Assembly (NCBI GenBank): GCA_964596395.1
Contig: CAZQSY010000002.1
Location: forward strand, 34,339-98,338
Source: an uncultured Candidatus Saccharibacteria bacterium
GTDB lineage: Bacteria; Patescibacteriota; Minisyncoccia; Phycocordibacterales; UBA9973
Length of the DNA: 64,000 bases
Direction: 5' to 3'
Both the position numbers and the translations under genes were made by a program. The notes beneath the pieces are model-generated. The model ran no database searches, was not told the DNA's origin, and saw nothing but the letters and a program-made list of their open reading frames with translations. Every line of letters begins with the position of its first letter. Within the stretch, counting starts at the first letter, position 1. Shown in pieces: positions 36,048-45,564 of this stretch.

Positions 36048-38489
36048 ATGAACAAATTTATGAATAAAACAAAAAAATCGTTAGTGAGTTTGATGTTAGG
36101 CGTTTTGGTCGTTACCGGCCTTTTCGGCGTTTCAAACGCTGGAACTGCTGAAGCAGCGACAAGCTCAGTAAATTCTACCGGCATGAGTTCCCTCACCTGC
36201 GACAGCGTAAAGTTTTGGGGCTATATCAACACCGGCTCGGCTTCAAGCACATACCCGGTAAAGGCTTGGTTTGAATATGGCACGAACGAAAATGAAGTGC
36301 TTTATGGTTCAGCGAACAATATTAAAACTCCTCAACCGCCTTTCGGACCTTACACTTCGGCTTTTCAAAATATAAGAGTGGAACAGCCAGTAACCGGCCT
36401 TACTCCGCAAACCACTTACCACATGAACCTAGTGGCAAGTATGCGCATTAACGGTACTTGGTACGACGTCAGAGGAAATTATGTAGATACCTTCACCACC
36501 CCCGCCTGCCCGGTTACTGCTAAATACACCGTCACTTCTTCGGCGACCGTGGGCGGATTTATTAGCCCGAACGGAGCGCAGACGGTAAACGAAGGAAAAA
36601 TTTTGAGCTTTTACGCTTCTCCGAATAAGGGATACTCCGGCCCGGTTTTTGGCGGAACCTGCGGAGGAAATTCGAGCGGAAACAATTACACCACCAAACC
36701 GATAACTAAGGATTGTTCGGTAACGGCCACCTTCACCAAGGCGCCGGCCGTAACTTATACCCTTTCGGTAAATAAAATCGGCAAAGGATTCGTCAACGGA
36801 AGCGGAATCAATTGCGGCGGCGCTTGCCAAATCACCAAGAATGCGGGCGAGACCGTAAGTTTGTCAGCTTCTCCAGATAACGGATACACTTTCTCGGGCT
36901 GGTCGGGCGCGTGCTCTGGCACCGGCTCTTGCTCTGTCACCATGAACAGCAACAAATCGGTAACGGCGACCTTTAATGTTTTAAAACCTAATGCCACCTT
37001 GACCGTTTACCCTGAGAATGTTTCTTACAACGGCAATGCGGCACTCACTTGGAATTCAAAGAACGCGACCTCCTGCCAAGGCATCGGCTTTGATACAGCC
37101 GGCGCTGTCTCTGGAAAGAAAGTTCTCGCCAATCTTACGGCTACTAAGACATATAAAGTAACCTGCACGGGTGAGGGTGGCAGCGCTTCGGCTGAAGCGA
37201 TGGTAACCGTGGGAAACCCGGCCAACCCGAGCGTTGATTTCTACGCTACCCCGAACCCGGTTGATTACGGAAAGAGCGCGACCCTAAGCTGGTCTTCAAA
37301 GAATGCCACCGTCTGCACCGCTTTCGGCGCATGGTCTGGCAAGAAAGGAATTTCAGGCACGGCTTCTACCGGCGCGCTGACCTACACTAAAACCTACACT
37401 ATAAAGTGCGAAGGAAATTACGGAACCAACCCGGCTGTGAAAACGGTAAGGGTAGAAGTAAATCCTGAAATTATAATCCTGAAGCCGACGGTCTCTTTGA
37501 CTGCTTTCCCTGAAAGCATTCAGTATGGCGGATACTCTGCGCTTAAGTGGACTTCAAAGAACGCCGATTCTTGCACGAGCAACGATTTCGCCACCGGCGG
37601 AGCCGTGAACGGCTCTAAGGTAGTTTCCCCTTCTTCGACCGAGACCTACACCATCACCTGCACGGGCGAGGGCGGCAGCGCAGAAGACAGCGCCACCATT
37701 ACTGTGGGCGCCCCGTCTCATCCGGCGGTCTCTTTCTCGGCCAATCCTTATAAAATTTACTCCGGCGAATCCTCTACGCTGGCCTGGTCTTCAAGTAAGG
37801 CAAAATACTGCGTAGCAGGAGGCGCGTGGGCTGGTAAGAAAGGAATTTCTGGCTCGGCTTCTACTGGAGAGCTCTACAAAGACAGCACTTATTCAATAGT
37901 TTGCTACGGCGCAGACGGCACTACACCGGCCCGGGCAGAACTTACAGTTCGCGTGATAGAAAAACCGGAACCGCCGAAAGCTCTCCCGAAAGTAGACCTT
38001 AGGGTAAACGGCGTAAACGGACCGGTGAGCATCCCGCATATAAACGAGGGTGCTACTCTGACCTGGACTTCTGAGAACGCCGACCGATGCGAGACATTAA
38101 ACGGAGCCAACGGTTGGCAGAACCAGAGGAATTGGAAGACAGAAGGAGAATTCCAGACCGGCTCATTGCAGAGCGGAAAGACCTTCAGGATAATCTGCCA
38201 CAACAGCGCCGGCTCGGCTACCGACACGGTAAGAATCATAGTTGAAGATAAAATCTGCGCCCCGACTGCCACCTTAAACGCCACCAAGAGAAGCGAGCAG
38301 GACGGCGGAGGATACATATTGAGATGGTCTTCGACTTACGCTGACTCTTGCAAAGCGGATTGGACCAACAGCACCGCTCCAGAAGGCAAGAAATCCGTGC
38401 ACCCCGACAAGACAACTACTTACAAAATAACTTGCACCGGCCCGGGAGGCACCGTCACTGCCTACACCACGGTGAATCCGGCGAATTAA
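36048..38489 (+). CDS. large secreted repeat protein (813 aa) with InlB-B-repeat-like and Ig-like Cys-pair domains
   Basis: signal peptide; repeated modules of about 100 aa L.W.S.NA..C...G.W.G.K...G...TG.L..TKTY.I.C.G; YTLSV..GKGFV.GSGINCGG.C...GETVSL.A.P..GYTFSGWSGAC...C.V.M...KSVTATF matches the Listeria/Bacteroides (InlB B) repeat. Confidence 0.85.
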   Translation: MNKFMNKTKKSLVSLMLGVLVVTGLFGVSNAGTAEAATSSVNSTGMSSLTCDSVKFWGYINTGSASSTYPVKAWFEYGTNENEVLYGSANNIKTPQPPFGPYTSAFQNIRVEQPVTGLTPQTTYHMNLVASMRINGTWYDVRGNYVDTFTTPACPVTAKYTVTSSATVGGFISPNGAQTVNEGKILSFYASPNKGYSGPVFGGTCGGNSSGNNYTTKPITKDCSVTATFTKAPAVTYTLSVNKIGKGFVNGSGINCGGACQITKNAGETVSLSASPDNGYTFSGWSGACSGTGSCSVTMNSNKSVTATFNVLKPNATLTVYPENVSYNGNAALTWNSKNATSCQGIGFDTAGAVSGKKVLANLTATKTYKVTCTGEGGSASAEAMVTVGNPANPSVDFYATPNPVDYGKSATLSWSSKNATVCTAFGAWSGKKGISGTASTGALTYTKTYTIKCEGNYGTNPAVKTVRVEVNPEIIILKPTVSLTAFPESIQYGGYSALKWTSKNADSCTSNDFATGGAVNGSKVVSPSSTETYTITCTGEGGSAEDSATITVGAPSHPAVSFSANPYKIYSGESSTLAWSSSKAKYCVAGGAWAGKKGISGSASTGELYKDSTYSIVCYGADGTTPARAELTVRVIEKPEPPKALPKVDLRVNGVNGPVSIPHINEGATLTWTSENADRCETLNGANGWQNQRNWKTEGEFQTGSLQSGKTFRIICHNSAGSATDTVRIIVEDKICAPTATLNATKRSEQDGGGYILRWSSTYADSCKADWTNSTAPEGKKSVHPDKTTTYKITCTGPGGTVTAYTTVNPAN

Positions 38490-38521
38490 CATCACCCGAT
38501 TATTAATTATTAATTAAAATT

Positions 38522-41500
38522 ATGAAAATCAGCGCAACAATAAAAGTAGGGGTCATCGGTCTGGCTATCGTCGCGGGTGTCTCGTTCGCCAAAACGGCAG
38601 ACGCTACCACCAACTGCTACTCGAACTGCCTGCCGAGCCCGACGGTTTCTATATCGGCCAAGCCGGTATACATAAAGTACAAAGAGTCCTCGGTCATAAC
38701 CTGGTCTTCGCGAAACGCCACCCGCTGTACCGCCATCGGCGGAATCAACGGATGGGCGAAAGAAAGACCGACCTCGGGAACCTTTAATACCGGAAGTTTG
38801 ACCAGCTCAAAGTCATACACTATCACCTGCTACAACGGGTCAAGGTCTGCGACCAAATCAGTGAGAGTGTTTGTCTCGGGCAACACTAACGATGACGATG
38901 ATGACAATGACGACAATGATGATGACGATGATATCTGTCTTCCGACGGTAAACCTAACCGCCGACAGAACTACAATAAACGCGGGAGAAAGCGTGGTCTT
39001 GAAGTGGACTTCAAAAGACGCGAAATCCTGCAGCGCCACCTGGACGGAAAGCAAAGCGACTTCGGGAACCAAAACGGTGTCTCCGAACAAAACGGTCACC
39101 TACTCTATATCCTGCACCGGTGAAGGCGGCAAAGAAAACGACAGTGTAAAAATAATCGTGAAGAACACGGAACCACCGGTTGAGAATCCTTCGGTAGAAC
39201 TTTCTGCCGATGATTCAAGCGTGCCTTACAACGGTTCTACTACACTAAGATGGGAATCAGAAAACGCCACTTCTTGTACTGCGAGCGGCGGAGCGAACGG
39301 ATGGCTGGGGTCTAAGGCCTTAGACGGTTCTTTCGCAACCGGAGATTTAAAGAGCACAAAGACATACACCATCACTTGCTACGGTAATGGAAAGTCAGCC
39401 AGTGATTCGGTGACGGTGTCGGTGGGAGATAAACCCATTGAATTGCCTACGGTCAACATAACAGCCGACGAAACCGAAATTTCTTACAACACAGGAACTA
39501 TTCTGCGCTGGACTTCGGAAAACGCGACTTCGTGCTACGCGAGCGGTGGATGGAGCGGTTCTAAAAATACAAATGGCTCCGCTTCTACCGGCAATTTAAT
39601 TTCTACTAAAACATACAAAATTACCTGCACCAATGAAGACGGCGACGCCACTGATTCAGTAACGGTATCGGTGGGCAATCAGCCGCCTATACCTTCTCCG
39701 AGCGTAGAAATCAGCGCTGAAGATGATAGCGTGCCTTACGACGGTTCTACCACAATCACCTGGGAATCAGAGGACGCGACCTCGTGCTACGCGAGCGGCG
39801 CTTGGTCGGGGTCAAAGGGCCTTAATGGTTCTTTCCCAACTGGCAGCTTAAAGAGCACTAAAACATACAAGATAACCTGTCATAACGGCAACAAGTCAGC
39901 CGAGGATTCGGTAACGGTATACGTCGGCAATAAACCCCCCGTTGAACTTCCTTCGGTAGAACTTTCTGCCGATGATTCAAGCGTGCCTTACAACGGTTCT
40001 ACTACACTAAGATGGGAATCAGAAAACGCCACTTCTTGTACTGCGAGCGGCGGAGCGAACGGATGGCTGGGGTCTAAGGCCTTAGACGGTTCTTTCGCAA
40101 CCGGAGATTTAAAGAGCACAAAGACATACACCATCACTTGCTACGGTAATGGAAAGTCAGCCAGTGATTCGGTGACGGTGTCGGTGGGAGATAAACCCGA
40201 AACACCCACGAGACCAACCGCGCGGCTTTCTATAACTCCGACCACAGTAAAAAGGGGCGGACACGCGGTGCTTACCTGGTATTCGACAAACACTACTTCC
40301 TGCGAGGCATCTTGGCTCCCGAACTCTTCAACTTCGGGTTCCAAAACTGTTTTCCCTGAAGAAAACACTACCTACACTATTATCTGCACCGGTCCGGGCG
40401 GAGATGTGACTGAATCGGCAGAGGTAAGCGTAAAGGACTCTACTACCCCGCCCCAGGAAGAAATCTACGTTGAAATCGACGCAGATGAAAGCGAAATATC
40501 TGAAGGCGAATCAACCTACATAAATTGGTATTCGGAAAACGCGACTTCCTGCGCTGCAAGCGGCGGAACGAGCGGATGGGCAGGATACAGAGATACTTCC
40601 GGCAGTTTCTACACCGGCGACCTGTCAAGCACGAAGACATATTCAATCAGATGCTCAAACGGAAGCAGACAGTCAAGCGCTTCGGTGACCGTATACGTCG
40701 ATGAAGACAGTAACAACGGAGGCGACGAAGAACCGAGCGTCAGTACCAGGTCAGCCACGGATATAGAAGACGACCGAGCAACCCTAAACGGCTTCGTTGA
40801 TTCAAACGACGGTGGAGACGTTGAGGCATGGTTTGAGTGGGGCGAAGACGAAGATATGGAAGATACTACTTCGCGCGTGAGTTACGGAAATACTTCGGGT
40901 ACGGATTTTGATTACGAATTGGACGGCCTAGATGAAGACACTACCTATTACTTCCGCGCGGTTGCCGAGAATGAAGACGGCGACAAGGTGTACGGCAGTA
41001 TGAAATCGTTCACCACCGATGAAAACGGGGGCGGCGGAAGCGGTGATGAGCCAAACGTCACCACTTACTCGGCTGAAGATGTCGACGATGAATCAGCCAT
41101 GCTTTCAGGGTATGTAGATACCAACGGCGAGAAGACCAGGGTATGGTTCGAATGGGGCGAGAGAAGCGGCGACCTCTACGAGGAAACCGACAAATCAAGC
41201 TACAGCTCGAGTTCGCGTAACTTTGACGAAACGATTTACGACCTTGAACCCGACACCACCTATTACTTCCGCGCCATGGCGGAAAACCAGGACGGAGACA
41301 TAGACCGCGGGAATGTGCGTTCTTTTAGAACCGATGAAAACGGCAACCGTTTCCGCGACAACGAATGCGATTACGGAGAATGCGCACCGACAGCTGTAAC
41401 CACTCTGGTTACCAATGTGGGCCAGTCGAGCGCCCGCTTGAACGGACTCGGGTTGTCTAGCGACTACTCTTCAATGAGCGGACACTTTGAATGGGGAACC

Positions 41501-42319
41501 ACGCCTGCTCTCGGCTTCACTACAGTGCACAAAGGAATCGGAAGTGGCGGGTCAAACACGTTCTACGAAAGCTTGTTTAATCTGGTGCCGAACAGAATCT
41601 ATTACTATCGCGCGGTGGTTGAAAACGAATACGGCGAATCCGAAGGAGATATTCTCTCGTTCAAAACATTGTCGCCGCAGGTAGTAATTGACACCCCGGT
41701 AATTTATCGGAACACTACGGTAGTGACCACCTCTAGCCGAACTGGCACAGGCAGGCCTTCGCTGGTGTTCCTTTCCGTATCTGGAAATGATGAAATAATC
41801 CGCCGGGGCGAATATGTAGAGTACGCAATAGAATACAAGAATGTCTCTTCTGAAGACCTGAGAGATGTGGTATTGAGGGTTTCAATTCCCAAAGAACTTG
41901 AGTTCGTAGAGGCAAGCCGAGGATACTTCTCTGAAGAAAACAGCATGCTCGTCGTAAATATCGGAGACCTCTTCCCGCAGGAAGAAGGAAGCATTCTGAT
42001 AACGGTACGAGTGGATGAAAGCGCTGAAATCGGCAAAATAGTGGTGGTAACGGCAAACCTCGCTTACACCATTGACGACACCGATGTGCAAGAAGAAGTG
42101 TTCGCCTACTCAAAGAACACAGTAGAACTGGCAAGGAGGGTAAACATGGGCGGTTTGGCCTTTCTCTTCGGAGACGGCTTCCTGCCGGGTTCTCTCTTGG
42201 GTTGGCTCTTGCTTCTGCTTCTCATTGTCCTCATAATCCTTGCTTTGAGAAAAGCATTCAAGAGGGACGGCGAGAATAGAACCGTCATAAATACCGCGGA
42301 CCACACCGAGCATCATTAA
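38522..42319 (+). CDS. giant cell-surface protein (1265 aa): Ig-like repeats, poly-Asp tract, FN3-like repeats, DUF11/CARDB-like domain, C-terminal TM anchor
   Basis: signal peptide; at least 8 Ig-like Cys-pair repeats; WFEWG...TTYYFRA.AEN..G repeats; C-terminal LLGWLLLLLLIVLIILAL anchor. Confidence 0.85.
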   Translation: MKISATIKVGVIGLAIVAGVSFAKTADATTNCYSNCLPSPTVSISAKPVYIKYKESSVITWSSRNATRCTAIGGINGWAKERPTSGTFNTGSLTSSKSYTITCYNGSRSATKSVRVFVSGNTNDDDDDNDDNDDDDDICLPTVNLTADRTTINAGESVVLKWTSKDAKSCSATWTESKATSGTKTVSPNKTVTYSISCTGEGGKENDSVKIIVKNTEPPVENPSVELSADDSSVPYNGSTTLRWESENATSCTASGGANGWLGSKALDGSFATGDLKSTKTYTITCYGNGKSASDSVTVSVGDKPIELPTVNITADETEISYNTGTILRWTSENATSCYASGGWSGSKNTNGSASTGNLISTKTYKITCTNEDGDATDSVTVSVGNQPPIPSPSVEISAEDDSVPYDGSTTITWESEDATSCYASGAWSGSKGLNGSFPTGSLKSTKTYKITCHNGNKSAEDSVTVYVGNKPPVELPSVELSADDSSVPYNGSTTLRWESENATSCTASGGANGWLGSKALDGSFATGDLKSTKTYTITCYGNGKSASDSVTVSVGDKPETPTRPTARLSITPTTVKRGGHAVLTWYSTNTTSCEASWLPNSSTSGSKTVFPEENTTYTIICTGPGGDVTESAEVSVKDSTTPPQEEIYVEIDADESEISEGESTYINWYSENATSCAASGGTSGWAGYRDTSGSFYTGDLSSTKTYSIRCSNGSRQSSASVTVYVDEDSNNGGDEEPSVSTRSATDIEDDRATLNGFVDSNDGGDVEAWFEWGEDEDMEDTTSRVSYGNTSGTDFDYELDGLDEDTTYYFRAVAENEDGDKVYGSMKSFTTDENGGGGSGDEPNVTTYSAEDVDDESAMLSGYVDTNGEKTRVWFEWGERSGDLYEETDKSSYSSSSRNFDETIYDLEPDTTYYFRAMAENQDGDIDRGNVRSFRTDENGNRFRDNECDYGECAPTAVTTLVTNVGQSSARLNGLGLSSDYSSMSGHFEWGTTPALGFTTVHKGIGSGGSNTFYESLFNLVPNRIYYYRAVVENEYGESEGDILSFKTLSPQVVIDTPVIYRNTTVVTTSSRTGTGRPSLVFLSVSGNDEIIRRGEYVEYAIEYKNVSSEDLRDVVLRVSIPKELEFVEASRGYFSEENSMLVVNIGDLFPQEEGSILITVRVDESAEIGKIVVVTANLAYTIDDTDVQEEVFAYSKNTVELARRVNMGGLAFLFGDGFLPGSLLGWLLLLLLIVLIILALRKAFKRDGENRTVINTADHTEHH
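38891..38934 (+). repeat. imperfect (GAT/GAC)n codon repeat encoding a poly-Asp/Asn tract
   Basis: GATGACGATGATGACAATGACGACAATGATGATGACGATGAT. Confidence 0.8.
39178..39432 (+). repeat. intragenic direct repeat copy 1 (about 250 bp, identical to copy 2)
   Basis: CCTTCGGTAGAACTTTCTGCCGATGATTCAAGC...GGTGGGAGATAAACCC recurs without visible mismatches. Confidence 0.85.
39947..40201 (+). repeat. intragenic direct repeat copy 2
   Basis: identical by eye to 39178-39432; encodes one whole Ig-like module. Confidence 0.85.
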
Positions 42320-42333
42320 TTTAACAGATAAAA

Positions 42334-42378
42334 ATAAAAACCCTCCCTGTTTCGGGGAGGGTTTTTTATTTTTTAATA
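42334..42378. terminator. bidirectional intrinsic terminator
   Basis: AAAAACCCTCCCtgtttcGGGGAGGGTTTTTTATTTTTT. Confidence 0.8.
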
Positions 42379-42541
42379 TACATCGTCGTAGATACTGAAG
42401 GGGTAGCCGATTACTTTAAGAACCGTCGCGGGAAGGCGCCAGCCGCGACGAGTAAGAAATTTTTTGCACATGTGCAAAGTCCTGCCTATGGCTACATAAG
42501 GTAGAAACACAGCGGCCACAAACAAAATCTCTAGCATGGTA

Positions 42542-42793
42542 TTACTTTAGAATTCTAGCCAACCGCGATTTTTTACGGGAAGCGTTATTTTTTTTAATAA
42601 CACCTTTCTTGGCCGCTTTGTCTATCAGAGCATAGGCAGAAGACAGGGTCGCCTTGGCCTTTTCTTTGTCGGTTTTGGAAAGCTTTTGGATTTGCTTTAC
42701 AATTTCTTTCATCATGCGCTTCGTGTGTTCGTTCAAAATTTTTCTTCGCGCCGAAACACGCACTGCTTTCTTGGCTGATTTGGTTATTGGCAT
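42542..42793 (-). CDS. rpsT: 30S ribosomal protein S20
   Basis: 83 aa; MPITKSAKKAVRVSARR... Confidence 0.9.
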   Translation of the reverse strand: MPITKSAKKAVRVSARRKILNEHTKRMMKEIVKQIQKLSKTDKEKAKATLSSAYALIDKAAKKGVIKKNNASRKKSRLARILK

Positions 42794-42834
42794 GGGAATA
42801 ATCTAGCAGAAAAACGGCCGGAAAGCAAACTCTG

Positions 42835-43425
42835 GTGTATAATACCGGCATGATAGGAAGCATCAGGGGCAAAATCACCTGGAAAGACGAAAAATCGGCT
42901 GTAGTAGAAGCCGGGGGAGTCGGCTACAACGTAAACCTGCCCGAGAGCACCGCCGGCGGACTTGAAAAAGACGGGGAGGTGTTCCTTTGGGTGCATACTC
43001 ATGTGCGCGAAGATATGCTTGATTTGTATGGTTTCGCTGAGAGAGAAGAATTGGCATTTTTTGAAATGCTCCTCGGTGTGCCCGGGGTCGGGCCAAAAGG
43101 GGCACTGAATGTATTGAATATCGCGCCGGTAAAGACCCTGAAGAGAGCGGTGAGTTCGGGAGACCTCGCGTACTTGACCAAGATATCGGGGATAGGAAAG
43201 AAAACGGCGGAAAAAATAATCTTGGAACTGCGCGACAAAGTCGCGGACGGCGAAGACAAAAAAGAAACCAGCGCGGGAATGCGCGAGGAAATCGACGCGC
43301 TGGAAGCGCTCAAATCGCTCGGCTATTCGCAGCAGGAAGCGAGAGACGCGCTGAAAAAGACAAACAGCCCGGATACAAACGCGAAAGTGCGCGAGGCACT
43401 GAAAGTTTTAAATAATCATGCCTGA
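42835..43425 (+). CDS. ruvA: Holliday junction DNA helicase RuvA
   Basis: MIGSIRGKI...VGY.V N-terminus, HhH region, C-terminal domain. Confidence 0.9.
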   Translation: MYNTGMIGSIRGKITWKDEKSAVVEAGGVGYNVNLPESTAGGLEKDGEVFLWVHTHVREDMLDLYGFAEREELAFFEMLLGVPGVGPKGALNVLNIAPVKTLKRAVSSGDLAYLTKISGIGKKTAEKIILELRDKVADGEDKKETSAGMREEIDALEALKSLGYSQQEARDALKKTNSPDTNAKVREALKVLNNHA

Positions 43426-44362
43426 ACTCCCGGAAGTTGAAACTACAGTCAGAGGTTTGCAAGAAACCATCGCGGGGTTCCGCATCAAAGACGTTTGGAC
43501 GGACCTCAAAACCAAAGATAAAAGAAAAAAAGACACCGTCGCCGACCCGAAGTATTTCAAACTGTTCAGAAAAGAAATCATGGGCAAGAAGATTCTCTCG
43601 GCGGAAAGGCGAGCTAAAAATGTCCTGATAAATCTGTCGGCAAACAAAACCATCCTCGTACATATGAAGATGACGGGGCACCTGCTGTACGGAAAATACA
43701 AACTCAACCCCTCCCCGACCCTCCCCTTATCAAGGAGAGGGAGGAGGGTGGGGTCTTGGGCACCTGTAGGAAAAGATAGCCCTCTCAGCGACCCGTTCAA
43801 TCGTTTCGTGCATGTTGTGTTCACGCTCTCAAACGGCAAACATTTGGCCTTTTCTGACGCCAGGAAATTCGGAAAAATAACCCTGCTCGATACCAAAACC
43901 GCGCATGATACAAAACACCTGTACGGCATCGGCCCGGAACCATTGGACAAAAATTTTAAGCTGGAGGATTTTACACAGAGGTTAAGCGCATGCAAAAACA
44001 AAAAAATAAAAACCTCGCTGACCGACCAAAGCGTAATTGCCGGCATCGGAAATATTTATTCTGACGAAATTCTCTGGCGCGCTAACGTGCATCCAGAAAG
44101 AAAAGCGGGCTCGCTAAAAAATAAAGAGTTGTCGCTCATATTCAAAGCGATGAAAAAGACCCTCGCCAAAGGAATTAATTTCGGCGGGGATTCTATGTCT
44201 GATTATCGAAACATCCACGGCCTGCCGGGCAAATTTCAGCTGCACCACGAGGCCTATCGGCGCAAGGGAGAAAGATGCAGAAAGGAGAGTTGTAAAGGAA
44301 TAATTTTAAGAAAAGTAATAAACGGCCGTAGCGCGCACTTCTGCTCGGTACACCAGAAGTGA
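43418..44362 (+). CDS. mutM: formamidopyrimidine-DNA glycosylase (Fpg/MutM) with an in-frame insertion
   Basis: MPELPEVE N-terminus, C-terminal zinc finger; about 25 extra aa (NPSPTLPLSRRGRRVGSWAPVGKD) encoded by a GC-rich palindromic segment. Confidence 0.9.
   Translation: MPELPEVETTVRGLQETIAGFRIKDVWTDLKTKDKRKKDTVADPKYFKLFRKEIMGKKILSAERRAKNVLINLSANKTILVHMKMTGHLLYGKYKLNPSPTLPLSRRGRRVGSWAPVGKDSPLSDPFNRFVHVVFTLSNGKHLAFSDARKFGKITLLDTKTAHDTKHLYGIGPEPLDKNFKLEDFTQRLSACKNKKIKTSLTDQSVIAGIGNIYSDEILWRANVHPERKAGSLKNKELSLIFKAMKKTLAKGINFGGDSMSDYRNIHGLPGKFQLHHEAYRRKGERCRKESCKGIILRKVINGRSAHFCSVHQK
43700..43760. repeat. GC-rich palindromic element inserted in-frame in fpg
   Basis: CCCCTCCCCGACCCTCCCCTTATCAAGGAGAGGGAGGAGGGTGGGGTC. 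Confidence 0.7.
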
Positions 44363-44465
44363 AAAACAAATTTTGGAGGGGTTTGCCGAGCGGCGGCGAG
44401 GCAACTTCAGGAATTTTTAAGTTTCAAAAATTCCGTACCGGAAAAATTTTGTTTTTCACTTCTGG
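44351..44465. repeat. structured repeat: 24-bp perfect inverted repeat enclosing the conserved 63-nt core (copy 2); the arms are the last codons of the convergent genes fpg and trmH-like
   Basis: ACCAGAAGTGAAAAACAAATTTT ... core GGGGTTTGCCGAGCGGCGGCGAGGCAACTTCAGGAATTTTTAAGTTTCAAAAATTCCGTACC ... AAAATTTTGTTTTTCACTTCTGGT. Confidence 0.7.
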
Positions 44466-44941
44466 TATAAAACCCTAAACAAAACGACTCCAAGAGCCAC
44501 AGAAACATTCAGGGATTCCTTTCGCCCGCGCATCGGGATTTCGGCGATTATGTCGCATTTTTTTAAAATATTTTTCGGTATGCCTGTCACTTCGGCGCCA
44601 ACAACAAAAACGTTCCGGTCTCTTATTTTTACTTTTTTATAATCTATGGACTGTTTGTGTTGCTCAACACCAATAATCAAACTTCCCTCTTTTTTAAGCT
44701 TAGTTAACAGAGAAGTGATATTCTTCTTTTGTTCCCAAGGCACAAACTCTTCGGCCCCCAACGCGGATTTGGCTAGGTCCTTTCTCTTCCGGCCAAAACG
44801 GTCAGTGGGCGCGGGCGTGTATCCTGTGAGGTAAATTTTATTTATTCCCGCCGCGTCGGCCGTGCGAAACATCGCGCCGACGTTAAGAACGCTGCGCACA
44901 TTGTGTATTATTAAAACATTAGAAAAGTTTTCCTTGGACAT
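44456..44941 (-). CDS. SpoU/TrmH-family RNA 2'-O-methyltransferase
   Basis: 161 aa; SPOUT-fold glycine-rich motifs (NVGAMFRTADAAG, IIGVEQ). Confidence 0.75.
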   Translation of the reverse strand: MSKENFSNVLIIHNVRSVLNVGAMFRTADAAGINKIYLTGYTPAPTDRFGRKRKDLAKSALGAEEFVPWEQKKNITSLLTKLKKEGSLIIGVEQHKQSIDYKKVKIRDRNVFVVGAEVTGIPKNILKKCDIIAEIPMRGRKESLNVSVALGVVLFRVLYQK

Positions 44942-45551
44942 CTTCTATTCTCGGCTTCAGCCGGCTCTCGGGCGGGGCTTCTTTGTTTTCGAAATTTCCC
45001 TCTTTTACTTTTTTCAGCGCGGCCGGAAGTTTTTTAAATGTTCCTTCAAACATTTCCATGGCCCCGGTTCCCCGCAGAGCCGCCGCCGGATGCAGCATCG
45101 GCAAAATGCGATACTTGCCGGCGCTGAAAAGTTTCCCCTGGTCGCGCGTTATCTTGGCCGCCGGCAGAAAATAATTCATAGAGAAACGGCCGAGCGGCAC
45201 AATAAGCTTCGGGTCTATTATTTCTATCTGGCGCGACAGGTATGGCTTGTACTTAGCAATTTCTTCTTCGTTTGGGTCGCGGTTCTCGGGCGGACGGCGC
45301 TTCACGATGTTGGTGATATACACATCTTCCTCCTTCCAGCCCAAGTCGCGTATGTTTTTGCGCAAAAGCTGGCCGGCCCGGCCGACAAAAGGCCTCTTCT
45401 GTTGGTCTTCGTTTAAGCCCGGCGCCTCACCAATAAAAAGCACTTCGCACTCTGGATTTCCTTCGCCAAAAACCAAATTAGTTTTAAGTGGAAGATTTTT
45501 GTCGGCGGCCATTTCAGCTTCAAGTTTCTTAAGTTCAGCGGTTTTATCCAT
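44919..45551 (-). CDS. uracil-DNA glycosylase, family 4
   Basis: GEGNPECEVLFIGEAPG...FVGRAGQLL family-4 UDG motifs. Confidence 0.85.
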   Translation of the reverse strand: MDKTAELKKLEAEMAADKNLPLKTNLVFGEGNPECEVLFIGEAPGLNEDQQKRPFVGRAGQLLRKNIRDLGWKEEDVYITNIVKRRPPENRDPNEEEIAKYKPYLSRQIEIIDPKLIVPLGRFSMNYFLPAAKITRDQGKLFSAGKYRILPMLHPAAALRGTGAMEMFEGTFKKLPAALKKVKEGNFENKEAPPESRLKPRIEDVQGKLF

Positions 45552-45564
45552 GGCTAGAATTATA

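Noticed and set aside
38891-38934. (GAT/GAC)n tract as a slipped-strand phase-variation switch
   Set aside because: The repeat is imperfect (interrupted by AAT and GAC), and any slippage in units of 3 keeps the frame. Length variation of an acidic linker is more likely than an on/off switch.
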